DNA of 64,000 nt from Harriotta raleighana (lineage: Eukaryota): the NCBI GenBank assembly GCA_050575255.1, contig JBNZDD010013721.1, forward strand, positions 7,811,671 to 7,875,670, written 5' to 3'. This document shows, in pieces, positions 50,741 through 63,125 of the stretch. Numbering within the stretch: position 1 is the first letter of the stretch; each line of letters begins with the position of its first letter. A program made the translations under genes and the position numbers. The notes under the pieces are model-generated. The model was not told the origin of the DNA. It saw nothing but the letters and a program-made list of their open reading frames with translations, and made no database searches.

Positions 50741-51199
50741 ATACATTAAAGAGTAAATAAATAAAAGAAACAGGAGGAAAAATCTGATTATCCTTTTCTG
50801 TTGATTCTTTTTTAATTTTTATCTTTAACCAATGCTGATGTGACCGGAGAACAGACTTGGAGGAGTTACTGAGTGTGACAGTGTGAGGTGTCAGATTAAC
50901 ACAACTGGAAAGGCAGTCATTAACCCAGGGTCTTTCAAGCAATCATATCACTTCAAGTGGGTGTTAATTCACCACCCTCGTGGAATCTAGTACAGTAACT
51001 TTTCCTAGACAGTAACATTATACAATTCTCTAACCCCCCCTTCCACCACACACCACCAACGAAATGATAGTGGACATGGATGCAAAAATCTAAAAACCTT
51101 TAAACTTAAGAAAAATGCTGTATTAGTCATTTAGGATTTTTCAATGGGTTAGCCATGAAATTCCTTTTGTGGGTGGGGGTGGAAATCAGCTGTAAAAAA

Positions 51200-51390
51200 A
51201 TTATTATTATAATGATAATCCGTACATTTCACATAGCGTTTCTGATGTTGTGAGGGTCTCTCAAAGTGCTACACAAAATATACCACAAAGTGGAGTGAGT
51301 ATATTGTGGGGAACTCAGCAGCCAATTTTTTTGTGTACAGCAATTTCCTACCAGCAGGCATAACATGAATGATTGATATTATTGGGAAGA
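51200..51390 (-). mobile_element. SINE 3' half
   Basis: ataatccgtacatttc...tctcaaagtgctacac...gcagccaattt. Confidence 0.6.
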
Positions 51391-51469
51391 TAAAAAAACA
51401 CTAGAAAACAAGCAAATGATATTGAAGAATTTGGAGACTGCATTAATGGTTCAGTAAATAAATACACGG

Positions 51470-51700
51470 CGTGATGTGTAACAGAGACTTGGAGGATTCA
51501 GCTTCAATCTCAGATCTGTGCTAAGTTAATGGCTTCTAGCCTTTACACAGCCCGAGTGAATCTAAGACAAAGAAGTAATCGGTCATGCAAAGTTTCACTG
51601 CTTCTGATCAGTAGCCAGTAATTCTTGCTGGAAAAGTGCATGTGTGCAAAGCTGGGTGTGGATTTAGACTCCAGGTGACACTCATTGAATTGGATCTCTT
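51470..51700 (+). mobile_element. AmnSINE2-like fragment
   Basis: tctgtgctaagtta...ctgcttctgatcagtagccagtaattcttgctggaaaagtgcatgtgtg. Confidence 0.5.
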
Positions 51701-52300
51701 TGAAAATCAGGTGAGGTCTGTGAATGCCTTCCGTGCAGGTAAGACAATTGGTGGAACGGGAGGGAAGATTGAGTGACATTGTAACAGTCTCCCAGAGAAC
51801 AAACACATCACAAAGTACCCTGCAGAACCATGGGAAACGAGTTGCGTAATGGTAAGCTGTACCGCAAGCATTTTTGTGAACCGTGAAATAACTTTGTTAC
51901 AGACCTTTGCATGTACTGCTCGCTAACTGTTCTAATTATAACTCTGGGCTAGTTAAAAGGTCATTTACCCTTATGGTCTATTTTCATTTCCAGCTGAGCC
52001 ATGCATCTGGCACCATGCAGTGCAGGAACCTTCAGTTCTGTTGGAGAGGTTTTGTCTTGTAATTCAGTAATGTGACTATAGACAGAAAGTTCCTGCGGAA
52101 GGCACTTCCTGGGAGCTATAGAAGAAATAGCCAATGGTAATTTATTATAGCTGCTAAAACCGAAGGCACCTTTGATATTCGGCTAGTTCCATAATGACAG
52201 TTTTATTAGGACTACCTTATATCTGCTCTGGACCTTTGCTTCAGAAAAACCCTTGCGTGTACAGGTGTATCCCAAATAATCATTCCTTGTTAATAAACAA

Positions 52301-52372
52301 TATAGAATTATAGAAATTTACAGCACAGAAGAAAACCATTCAGCTCATCATGTCTGTGACATTTCTTTGAAA
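52301..52372 (-). mobile_element. CR1 tail fragment
   Basis: tatagaattatagaaatttacagcacagaagaaaaccattcagctcatc. Confidence 0.6.
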
Positions 52373-54382
52373 AGCAAAGGATCATTTGCCTGCATATTAT
52401 GCCTTCATTAAAACTGTAGATTACATCCTTATCTGTACAACAAAAAGTCTAGGTAAACCACTTCCAAAGCTTCCTCAAAAAGCAGCCAATGCAGCAAAGC
52501 TTCTACACTTATTGTTCCCCTTTTCTTCAAACTAAAACATGTTCTTCGGCTCTTCCAGATTGACTGAAGTTGTCATTTGCTTTTGTTCCAACAAGCTGAT
52601 GCATCCTTGACGCAGTGCAAATCTAGACTCTTATTTTTTCATGCAACTATTATCGACTCAAACTGGAGCTGGCAGTGACAAGGTAACTGTAGTTTTGGTC
52701 TGGGAAGCTTAAGCTCATTATTTGTGCTTTTAAATAAAAGTAGCGATTCCACATTTCAGAACCGGGCACAGAGCCGGCTCCTGATTTTCATGGAGTCTTC
52801 TATTCCAATTACTGTCGGAGTTGACACAGGTCTAGCATAATTTAGACATAATACATCTGAGCCAATGAAGTAAGCTTGAGAGTTTGTCCTTCAGCTCAAC
52901 AAGCAGATGTCTCTGCATGGACCCAAGTTAGAGCTGCAGTATACACTGTACTGTATAAAATATTTTCCTTTAAAGGTCTGCTATTGTACCCAAGATACTC
53001 AAAAACGCTCTTTTGTCTTTTTCGCACGCCACATTTTTTGCACTCCACATGAGAAGGTTAAACAATTACATGCTACTAATTGGTGTATGTCAAGACTGAT
53101 GAGGAGGCAAATAAACAACCAACAAAAGACTGAAGGAAAACCTGGCTAATTAAATAAGATTATGTTAAAAAAGTTAAAGCGAATTCAGAAAAGGCCCTCC
53201 TAGCTTTGATGATTTCACAGCGATGAGTTCCTCATTACAGCATTCAGTATGACATGAAGAACATAGCAGCTTAAACACAACACACCATTATTAATGCAGC
53301 ACTTCTTCTATTACGCATACAGACTAGAAAATTCAGTCGCCCCTCAGTGACAAAGAAAATAAATTTACTGCAGGTCCAACAATGTTTTTTTGTGTGTGTG
53401 TAACAGAAAAGGAAGAGAAGGGTTTCGGTATAAGTCACATACTTGTCCCTTGGTATTTTGCTGGGTAAAAATAATCCTTTCGTTCTGTCTAAGACCTATA
53501 GAAATGATGAATTCCTACACAGATCTAGGTGATAACTGTATTTCTTAACTGTCAGCCTTTTGAAGGTTGTCCACAGAATATTCTCACCACTGTCAAAGTT
53601 TCCGATGTGACATTACTCTACCAGCTTAGTTCAAAAAGCCTCTTAATCACAGGGGAGATTGTTAGCTTTCTGGAAGGATTATTAAAATGAAGGAAAATTT
53701 ATGACTATCACTTTGTAACAATTAATCAGGAGCTGTTGATTAATAAAGTTCATTTTTTATTCTCGATGATTCAGATATATAAGATGGGTATTATCAAAAG
53801 GACAGTGTGCTTGTCATTTTGATTAACAAACCAGCTTTCATAACCAAAGAAAATACTTTCAGCAGCAACCCTTCCTCCCTTTAAAAAAATAAATATTGAA
53901 TGAGAATATTAGGCAGTTAACCTTGACTACAATTTGTAATTTTCATGGGGGAAAACTTGCATATTCAGCAAATAAAGTGCTGTGGGGATTTAAAAACAAA
54001 TTGGAGCTACTGAAGAATGCTACCGTATGAATCCTGTCATTTTTATGGGTTGAAATGATTAATTAGTTTGTTTAGCTCTTCAATTAAGCCAAGGAATAGT
54101 GCAGAGGCTGGTGAACACAAATGATAGAAACAGGCTTACTACATAGGTTTGACAAAGCAAAAATTTCTAAGGTCATTGGTTCTTTTTTTTTGTCATTTTC
54201 TCCTGCTGGCTCCCTTTCCTTCATTGTCGTTCAGCTTCGCAAATTTGTGGACTAAGATTGATAGGAACTTGTCAGGTTTGTGCTGCCCCACCTAGAGACC
54301 TGGCTGGGAAATGACTGAGCCGAGGGTACACTGGTAAACCGCAGGACTCGTTGTCATCGGATTAACCCTACATCACCTTCTT

Positions 54383-54495
54383 TATAATCCTTGTACTTGA
54401 TTAGCGCCTTATTCACGTCAAGAATGTCTCAAAAGCTTCACAGAATGTTTTTTTCCCCCCTCCCCTGTAAAGTATATTTACTGTACTATGTATTT
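54383..54495 (-). mobile_element. SINE tail fragment
   Basis: ataatccttgtacttgattagcgccttatt...tgtctcaaaagcttcacagaa. Confidence 0.65.
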
Positions 54496-55899
54496 CTCTC
54501 AACCTATACTCTTTGGAACGCTTTGTGACTTTGAAACATTTCAGTGATCAAGGAGATCAACAGCAAAATGACTTTCTGTCTTATACCAATTTCATCCCAA
54601 GTCCAATGTACACAATACTGCTTTATCAGACCCTCAAATGCACACATAAATGCAGATACTTGTAACCACACTCGTCAACGCAGAAGTATAAATTGCCTGA
54701 AGAATGCTCTCGATCTAGAAAATAAATTGGGGTGAAAAATGCAACATTTCATAACATATTCAGCAATTATCGAATACGTTATAATATCTGCTTCACCTTA
54801 AGGAAATCTCCCGCAAAGGAAAACCCATTGGATTGCTATTTCTTTACCCGAAGGACAATGAACGACTGGAAGGGCAGTTGAGGTCACAATTTTTTTTTTT
54901 AAAAACTCAATGCTGTAATGGGAAAACCGGACGGGAAATGCCTGGAAAGATGAGATCAAATGGACCAAAAGGTCTTCTTCAGGTGAATTAATCTTCTGAT
55001 CCTTTTTGAATCACAACCAGATTAATAGAGCACTGAACATAATTTCAAGATGTTTTAATTCAAATAATGTAATTGCGTCAATTAGCTTTTCACGCTAGTC
55101 AGACCACATAAACCACCTTAGCCACCTTTGGTCGGGTACCTTTGATGGACTTTCGAGGACTTTAAAGAAACAAAAAACACAACATAAATGAACAATTTTA
55201 GGATTGTTGCTCCAGAGGAAAAGGGAAAGATTGAAAGGGGACAAATGTGATAGGGGGGGGTTGGTGGGGAGTCACAAATAGCGACAACTATGAAATCAAT
55301 GTGTAAGGAAACAATTCAGCAAATTGAAATTACAGCATAGTAAAAATATTTGATTGATTAAATCCAAGTTGGGTATTGTATCTGATTTCTATGTGCTGTT
55401 CTGTGGGATATTGCAGGATTCTTGCTATGCCACTGTGGTTCAGCAGATGCCATACAGTAGTGCATTTCATACAAACCAGGTGTCCTTTTCTATCTCTAAT
55501 GACATGTCAGTGGGGACTGTCATAGACAAGGACAAGGTGCTCTTTATTCTGAAAATAATTCCCAGCAATCCTCAACTCTCTGAGGTCCTTGATATGGCAA
55601 TGAGAGCAGCCAGCGTTATTGGTTACCTTTATTTTGTAGAGGTTACATTTTGTGTTAGTTTTTAATCGGGTTACGTACATCAAAATATTATGGAGGTGAG
55701 GGGAATCGCTTTTAAAACATAAACTGGTTATTTCTTCATTGCAATTTCAAGTGACATGTATTGTAGATCTTTTCAACATGCCTCGAGTTATTACATAGAC
55801 ATGACATATTATCATAAAACTACCCATAATTTGGCATTAAATTAGCATCCTAACTGCTGCAGATCAAAAGGCTTCTGACACTTCATCGGTGCAGTTACT

Positions 55900-56125
55900 G
55901 GACACTGTGAAATTGTACAGCGCAGACTATGGAAAGAAAGACTCAATTTCAATCGTCGGTTTGTGCCCGCTGAGCTTATCACAGCCAGAGTAGCAGGAGG
56001 AATGGAAAAGAATTAGCCTTGATTCCTGCTCCTGATCACTATCTCCTGACCTCTCCTGACAAGTGCGTGTGTGTGGACAATGGATGACGGATAAATCTGG
56101 CCTGGCTATGAAACTCCCCAATGAT
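55900..56125 (+). mobile_element. AmnSINE2-like fragment
   Basis: attagccttgattcctgctcctgatcactatc...aagtgcgtgtgtgtggaca...ggctatgaaactcccc. Confidence 0.6.
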
Positions 56126-56847
56126 CTAACATCCCACTCACAGTCAGGGTCGTTCTCGATCTTGGTGGAGTGAGATTGTTTTGCAGAAAATCCCATTACA
56201 AGATCTCTCCACCAAGATCGTTGACAGTACAGACCCAGTCGAGAATAATACGCCCTCACCCTGTTAGAATTACAAGTGGAGCTTCACCCTCTCACTGACT
56301 AGGCTGACTCGGGAAGAATAGCCCTGTGGCTGATCTACTAAAAGATGAATGGCATCTCAGTGTCGAGAGGAGAGATTTTTTTTTTTTTTAAAAAGCACCT
56401 TTACAGGACAAGATAGAGAATGCGGCGAATGGGTGGCCACCAGTACAGGGAGTCAGTCTGGAGTGCATTAGTGATGCAGACAGCAATTAGACAGCTGTTA
56501 CTTTACAGTGATGTCAGCACATTGCTGACAAGGGTATGATTGATAAGAGACGTTTCTTATCAGCGCTATTCAGTACACAGCGAATTTCAGGTGCATTGTA
56601 ATAATAATCTGCTAATACCTTTCGGTAAAAGCGTCTTCAATGCACAGACGTGAACACGTTGCATACTTTGGTGGATTGTGTGACAGAATGAGGAGCTACA
56701 GCTTTTGTTGAATAGGGATCATAATTACAGATGTTAAAATGCAAAACAATCGTTTCATAGTCTCGGATCATATTGAATAGAAACCAAAAAGAAAGTGATA
56801 CTGTCTCTTTTAATCTTAATATAGTGTTACATAATACTGTAATAATA

Positions 56848-57065
56848 GGGCAACTTTCCTTACTCCACATGCCTGATAAAAATCCCTCAAAAAAAACTGA
56901 TCATTTCAATCCACGACTGTTTGTGGGACACTGCCGTGTGCAATTGGCTGCTGAGTTTCACCCACAAAATATACAGTCAATTCAGTTTACAATACATTCT
57001 GTGAAGCACTTTGAGACGTGTAGAAGAAGTGGAAAATGCTATATCAATTCCAAGGATTATTATTA
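56848..57065 (+). mobile_element. Short-form SINE, 5'-truncated
   Basis: gggcaactttccttactccacatgcct...caaggattattatta. Colinear with the 57540 copy. Confidence 0.85.
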
Positions 57066-57162
57066 CATACTAAGTAGCCTGCTCTAACTTCAAAACAAAA
57101 CCCCAAAGCTCAAGAGGCAGTATCTGTCCTCTAGTAATCCCTAAATTGGGATACTCAGCAAT

Positions 57163-57532
57163 GTGAAGTCCTGTATCATATTGATCAGAGCACTCGCTTC
57201 AAAGCGAGAGGATCGGGGTTCGATTCCCAGGCAGCATAAAAGGGCCATTTAGGGCAAGTTTCCTTACTCCACATACCTCTGTTTACCGAGCAGTAAATAG
57301 GAACCCGTATTTTAGTCGGTTGGCAGATGCCTTTTATTTAATAATTTATTTAATAAAGAAAAGATAATTTGGTCACTCAATCCATGACAGTCTGAGGAAC
57401 ACTCAGAAAAAATTGTGCAAAATTGGCTGCTACATATCACCTATAAAGTATAGTCAATCCACTATACAGTATATTCTATGAAGCGCTTTGAGATCTCTCT
57501 AAGGCACTGTATCAAATGAAAGAATTATTATT
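57163..57532 (+). mobile_element. Long-form SINE, full length
   Basis: B box ggttcgattccc, core cctctgtttaccgagcagtaaataggaacccg, tail. Confidence 0.85.
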
Positions 57533-57539
57533 CTTTCAT

Positions 57540-57865
57540 GGGAGCTCCTGTGGCTCAGTGGTTAGAGCACTCGCCTTACAAGCATGAGACCTGTGTTCAA
57601 ATCCAGGCAGATCAGGGCCAAACCTTGGGCAAGTTTCCTTACTCCACACGCCTAATAATAATCCCTCAAAAAAAACACAATAATAAAATTGGTCATTTCA
57701 ATCCATGACTGTTTGTGGGGGACACTGCTGTGCGCAATTGGCTGCCACGTTCCGCCCACAAATATACAGTCAATTCACTTTACAGTATATTCTGTGAAGC
57801 GCTTTTGGGACATCGATAAGAAGTGAAAAGCGCTATATCAAATGCAAGGATTATTATTATTATTA
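57540..57865 (+). mobile_element. Short-form SINE, full length, best-preserved copy
   Basis: A box tggctcagtgg (57551-57561), B box gttcaaatcc (57595-57604), L2-type tail gaaaagcgctatatcaaatgcaagg(att)5. Confidence 0.92.
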
Positions 57866-58800
57866 GCATTTAGCACAATTTAATATCAGCGCTGTGCAAT
57901 CAGAAATAAACATTCACTGTGAGGCAAGATGCCATTCACTAGTACTTTGAAATTGACATCAGCCAGATGTCTGACACGTGCGTAAACTTTTCATCACGCT
58001 TCAGAGTATTCAAACCATATATTGTATCTCCTTACACATGGAAATTCCCATGTGTGGAATAAAATGTGCACTCTCTCCACAGAGCCCTGCTAACCTTATT
58101 CCAGAGAGTATTTGGCCTGGGTTCCCAGGAGCCATGGTTGGGAGACCCCATAATGTCCGTTGGGGTAACTGCTGGAGGTTTAACCAGTTAAAAGCGCATA
58201 GCTTGTCATTTGTGAACACTCTGCTTCAATGAGATTCATATGCATATAAGACATCATATCATTGACAGGGAAAAGTATTGGAGCACTGGAAAGTAATTTG
58301 GAAGTATTATCTTTATTCAGCAACTGTAACTTTTTTTTAATTGAGGCCTTTCAAACATCTATCAAAGCTTCATTTAGACTTGATGCAATTACGATTTTGA
58401 TGGCAGGGGAAAATGATAGTCAGCAGTGATTTTACATTGCAAGTGCCTTTTTTTTTGACAATTTGATGTAGTCTGCATGTAAAAGCTTTTATACGTAGAT
58501 CATAATTTTGAAACTGTCAGGAAAAAAACGGTCTCTATTATTGAAAAACTCCACTCTGTATTATTGTGAATAAGCTAAGGGCATCAATTTTCCCACCTTT
58601 TGTTTTGTTTTTGTTTGTACTTAACTAAATCACCCCAAACCTCATTCGGACCTCTGGCACTGGGGTGAAGCAATTTGCATTAGAATTATGATAGAATGTG
58701 TAACTGTGGGACACCCATGAAACTGGTTTTCACTTTGGACTAGCTTCTTTCAAAAGGGAGCTGGGTAGTTCAGAGTTCTCCAGAAGCATTCAAGCACTGA

Positions 58801-59210
58801 GTGTCAGCCTGGCTCGATGGGCAGCACTCTCGCCTCTGAGTCTGAAGGTTATGAGGTCAAGCTCAACCTCAGGCATTTGAACTCGTATCATATTGGTTGA
58901 TAGGCCAGTGTGGTGCTGGGAGTGCTCTGTATTGTCAGAGGTACCATTCTTCAGATGAAACGTAAATAAAATGACGTCCCAGGTGCCTGTTCTGGTGGAT
59001 GTTAAAGATCTCGTAGCACCAAAAAGAGAAGGGAGTTTCTCCCAATGTCCTGGCCAACAAACTCCCCGATAAATGTCATAACTGTTTGTGGGCCATTACA
59101 TTGTGCAAATTGGTCGTCGAGGTTGTCATTAGACTTTAGACAGTAAATCCTGTGATGTGCTTTGAGGCGTCCTCCCGATGAGAAAGATGAAAACACCAAA
59201 TGCAAGGATC
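58801..59210 (+). mobile_element. Deu-domain SINE, full length
   Basis: gcactctcgcctctgagtctgaaggtt head, ttgtcagaggtaccattcttcagatgaaacgt...ggtggatgttaaagatc...gggagtttctcccaatgtcctggccaa core, tail. Confidence 0.85.
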
Positions 59211-60072
59211 AGTCTCGTTGCAGTTTACATTGTGGACAGTGTCAACTAATGGCAAACGAGAGCCTTTCGTCAAGGCTGTTTACTGAACATTGTAACCAGG
59301 TTATCCCATTATAAAACCTTTCGTACAATGCTTTTTCGAACCTGTTGGGGAAAAAAAAAACACACCTTTATAGTAAAAAAGCATGAAAGACGTTTGATTT
59401 CTGCTGCAATCTCTGATATTAGTGAGTCATCCAAGTTGGCTACAAATGACATCAGGACAGTTGGTTGCTGTGGAAACTGATTCGGCTGTTCTAAGCTGTT
59501 ACCAGTATTATCCCACATCCCCTTTTGCGTCCACCCTCCCATCGCACAAGGACGAACAAAAAAATCTCTTGACGCGAGGGGAAGCATTTCTGGTTCTACA
59601 CCTCTTTCAAATTGCAAACAAATGCACACATATCCATGGGCTAAAATCCCCACCCAAAACCTGAACTGTCGTTAATTACACCCGTTTGTTAAATTAGATG
59701 GTTTGCTCACTCCCTGAATTCTCTCTCTCTCTCTTCAAAACGAAAATAAATGGCATGTACTTGAAACATTTTGAAATAAATACCCTTTCAAGGTCTGCTA
59801 ACTTTTGTAAAGAATAATTAAATAGATGGTATGGTATATTGCTTGCTTACTTGGATCTGTGAAGGAGGACCTCGTTCTTTTACTGTATTTGAAGTCGCAT
59901 GATATGGGATCTATTCCATGTTCTTTTCCTGCCGTTATTATGCCCTTTGAGTCCTTTCATTCAAAATGGCAGACCTACTCAATGCAAGTTTAAAAAAACA
60001 CATTCTAATTGTACTTTTTATTTGTCTACAGACTCTTGTCAACGTAAGAAAGCAAAATCCTGCATTGTTATG

Positions 60073-60560
60073 ATAATAATCCTTGCATTTAATAAGGAAA
60101 CTTGCCCAATATTTTGCTATGCCAGGAATCAAACTCCTGCTTGCGAGGTGAGTGCTCTAACCACTGAGCTACAGGACTCCACTGTAATGGTACTTTATCA
60201 TATTCCAAAACATTTCGCGTGTAATCTCTATCAAGTGACTGTAGTGACTCTTTCTGCAGGCAAAAACGGACTCTAGTTATGCCAGCAGATTCCTGCGAGG
60301 AGATGAGTGAGCAGTTCATCTGGAAGCGTTGTACATGCTTTCGAAATTCCCTTCTCTTCTTGAATAATCTCCTTGGTTCTTTTATAGCCTAGCAAACGGT
60401 AGCTTGATTTGATATCTCATCCGAGCAATGGCTATTCAGATAACCCTGCCCTCGCCCACTATGTCAGTTTAAATTGGAACCTCAAGTCCTAGCATAGGAT
60501 TTGAACCCACAATTTTCTAACCTGTAGGCAATAGGACGATCACTGAGCCATAATTGACAC
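60073..60560 (-). mobile_element. Old Deu-domain SINE with a young SINE head (60093-60182) inside its tail
   Basis: Young head reverse complement gtggagtcctgtagctcagtggttagagcactc...gggcaagtttcctta. Old head ggatttgaacccac...cactgagcc at 60497-60550. Confidence 0.75.
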
Positions 60561-60614
60561 TAAAGAACTCAAGAGATAGAGGAAATATGATGCCAAATGT
60601 CTGGAGCAGTGCAG

Positions 60615-60742
60615 TGATTACATTTTGCCCACAAAATTCACAGTCCACTCCACTTTACTATATATTCTGTGTAGCACTTTGAGCTGTCTCAATGAAGTGA
60701 TAAGGCGCTATATCAAATGCAAGGATTATTATTAATAATAAT
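60615..60742 (+). mobile_element. SINE 3' fragment
   Basis: ttttgcccacaaaa...cactttac...gataaggcgctatatcaaatgcaaggattatt. Confidence 0.8.
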
Positions 60743-62039
60743 ATTTCAGCCCGCTAATTGAAGCACTGCTTGAAAAAGCCTTTGCAGGTTTGGTCAACTT
60801 TCTCCCCAGACACCAAGCTATATTTCTCCAGCAGAAGAGCTTTACGGCCCCACCCATCTCTCAAAATGTATTTCAGTGCAGCAGTTTTGTTCAGTTACAA
60901 ATGTATATTTGTTGCGACCATTTCGCAGTTAAACAATTCACATGATTGAGTGCAATTTTTGCTTTGAAACTCAAAAAAAAAAGGTCTTTATTTATTATTT
61001 CAGCGGCAGCAAGGGCAGGCCTAAATATTAAACCAGGGATTCTTTTTATTGCAATGGAAAATCGTAATAAAAATTGCTAGTTTTCCAGATCACCGGAAAA
61101 ACTCAGGAAGGTTTTTCCTTGCCTCAGAGAAACAATTTACCCTTATAAAGAATTTGGCCACACAATGTTCGACTGCGGTCACATTACAAAGTAAGTCAAA
61201 TTATTTCCCACTCGAACAGGACATCGGATGAGCCCTGAGTAAAATGCACCGAGTTCCACTAGCTTTCAGATTTACTGTCATTTAGTAGCATTCCTCTTGT
61301 CGGTTGAGGAAGATTCTGCACCACAAGATGGTTGTAATTATTCATGAAAATAGGTCAAAAGCGCACAACAACATTGCTATGTAAAGTGAAAAAATAGGAT
61401 TTAGCGACTAAACGCAAAAATGCCACCCTCAGGACTCGGAATGTTAGCGTGATATCTGCTTGCAGAAAGGCCCATTAGATTCCTAATGTGACAGCACTTT
61501 TGGGCAGCTGCATCTATATCTCTCTGCAGCGAATGTAAGTAATACATGACAGGTCTAGTCTGTAACCTCCATAAAAGCAGAGGACACCTACACTGTCGCA
61601 TTGCATTGTTACACCCTTCTGAGTATTACTGGTGTCAGACTGCATGCCAGCAGCAGCATATATCTGCCATCCCAGTTGTGCCACTTGCTGCAGCCTGTAA
61701 TTTTCGAGCTATTTGCAGAGATACTTTGCTTTGATTTCACTTCCACTCCGCAGTGCTGTAATTAGGTAAACTCCATACCGTATTTACAAGCTATTAAAAA
61801 GGCTAGAATTTAACACTAATCCTATAATCTGTAATTGCTAGTTTTACAAAATAACACACAAAATTTTGAGCACTGACTTATAATTCACCGCACGCTAAAA
61901 TATCCTTTTCCATTACACAATGCGGAATTTCAGGACAATCTTTTAGTGTGTGTTCGTAACACTTGAAAATGAAGGAATCATCAGTCCTAAAGGAAAGTAT
62001 CTTATGGGCGTTATAATTTCTTATTTCTTATCACAACTG

Positions 62040-62492
62040 ATGTACAGTGAGCATTTCTGACCACCATATCAAAGTAAAGATATCATAACACTGGAGAGCG
62101 TACAGCTAGGGTTTACAAAGATGTTATCAGGTATAAGTGGATTCAACTATCGAGAAAGATTGCACAAGTTACAGCTTTTTTCTCTAGAGATAAAATGACA
62201 GAGGGTGGCACCTGATAGAGGTGTTAAAGATTATGAAAGTATTTAATAAGACAAATGGGTGATAGTCTGTTTGCACAGCATACATATAAGATGGTCACTC
62301 ATAGATCCAACAGGGACTTTGGGAGTATCAGTGTACATAAGAGAAAACTTGAAGCATACATGAGTAACCTTCAGGGAATAAGGGGGTTGTAGGAGGAGTG
62401 GGATAGGGGTGGTGGAGGGCGTGTGGAGTATAAACACAGGCACAGACTAGTTCAGCCAGATGGCTTCTTTCCGTGCCACATCACTCCATGAA
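62040..62492 (+). mobile_element. CR1 ORF2 C-terminal fragment and 3'UTR
   Basis: KDIITLESVQLGFTKMLSG...FNYRERLHKLQLFSLE...LIEVLKIM-like motifs. 3'UTR gtgtggagtataaacacaggcacagactag. Confidence 0.75.
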
Positions 62493-62870
62493 CTAACAGA
62501 GTATTTGTTTTTGTTGATCAGTTTTCTCCACTCGGCCCCTGACCTTTTACCTTCCACTAGGGTAGAAGTTACATCAAGTGTGAACCTTAGCAGGCTGCTC
62601 ATTCAAGTGCAGACTCCGCAACCAAGTCAAATGCTGTCTTCACCCTTCCACACCATTGTGCCTCTATAAGGGATCACTGGGTAGACATTTGAAGCGGAAA
62701 CTGGCTGATTTTCCACTCTCTAAACCTAAAATAGAAGCTAATTGTAGCTGTCCCTTTGTTCCACTCTGAAAGAGAGGTAACACAACAGTACTTGCATTCT
62801 GTAGTGCCCTTCAGGTAGGATGATATCTCGGAGTGCCTTACAAAGACAGCGTCAGACACTGAGCAAGGAA

Positions 62871-63125
62871 AATAATAATAATAATCCTTGATATAGCACT
62901 TTATCATGTCATCGAGATGTCTCGGAGCACTTCACAGAATACTGTATACTGTAAAGTGAACTGACTGTATATTTTGTGGGCAAAACACAGCAGTCAATTG
63001 TGTAAACTCATGGGGGCAATTGAATGAGCAAGGAGGAAATCCCATAATTTGCAGGACAATAATAATAATAATCCTTACATTTATATCGTGCTTTCCACAT
63101 CTTATCGATGTCTCAAAGCGCTTAA
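62871..63125 (-). mobile_element. Two tandem SINE 3' fragments (62871-63010, 63058-63125)
   Basis: (aat)n ccttg...gatgtctc..agcacttcacagaatac, and (aat)n ccttacatttatatcg...gatgtctcaaagcgctt. Confidence 0.75.

Noticed and set aside
51675-51738. LRR-like peptide LIELDLFENQV with a CAG|gtaaga donor
   Set aside because: There is no pyrimidine tract at the acceptor, it overlaps an AmnSINE2-like relic, and it is a single motif. Likely chance.
53443-53510. Possible small minus-strand exon (tttctatag...CAA|gtatgt)
   Set aside because: Weak pyrimidine tract and no recognisable peptide.
57540-57612. tRNA gene
   Set aside because: A/B boxes are present, but the sequence runs into a SINE body and tail and has many diverged copies. 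It is a SINE head.
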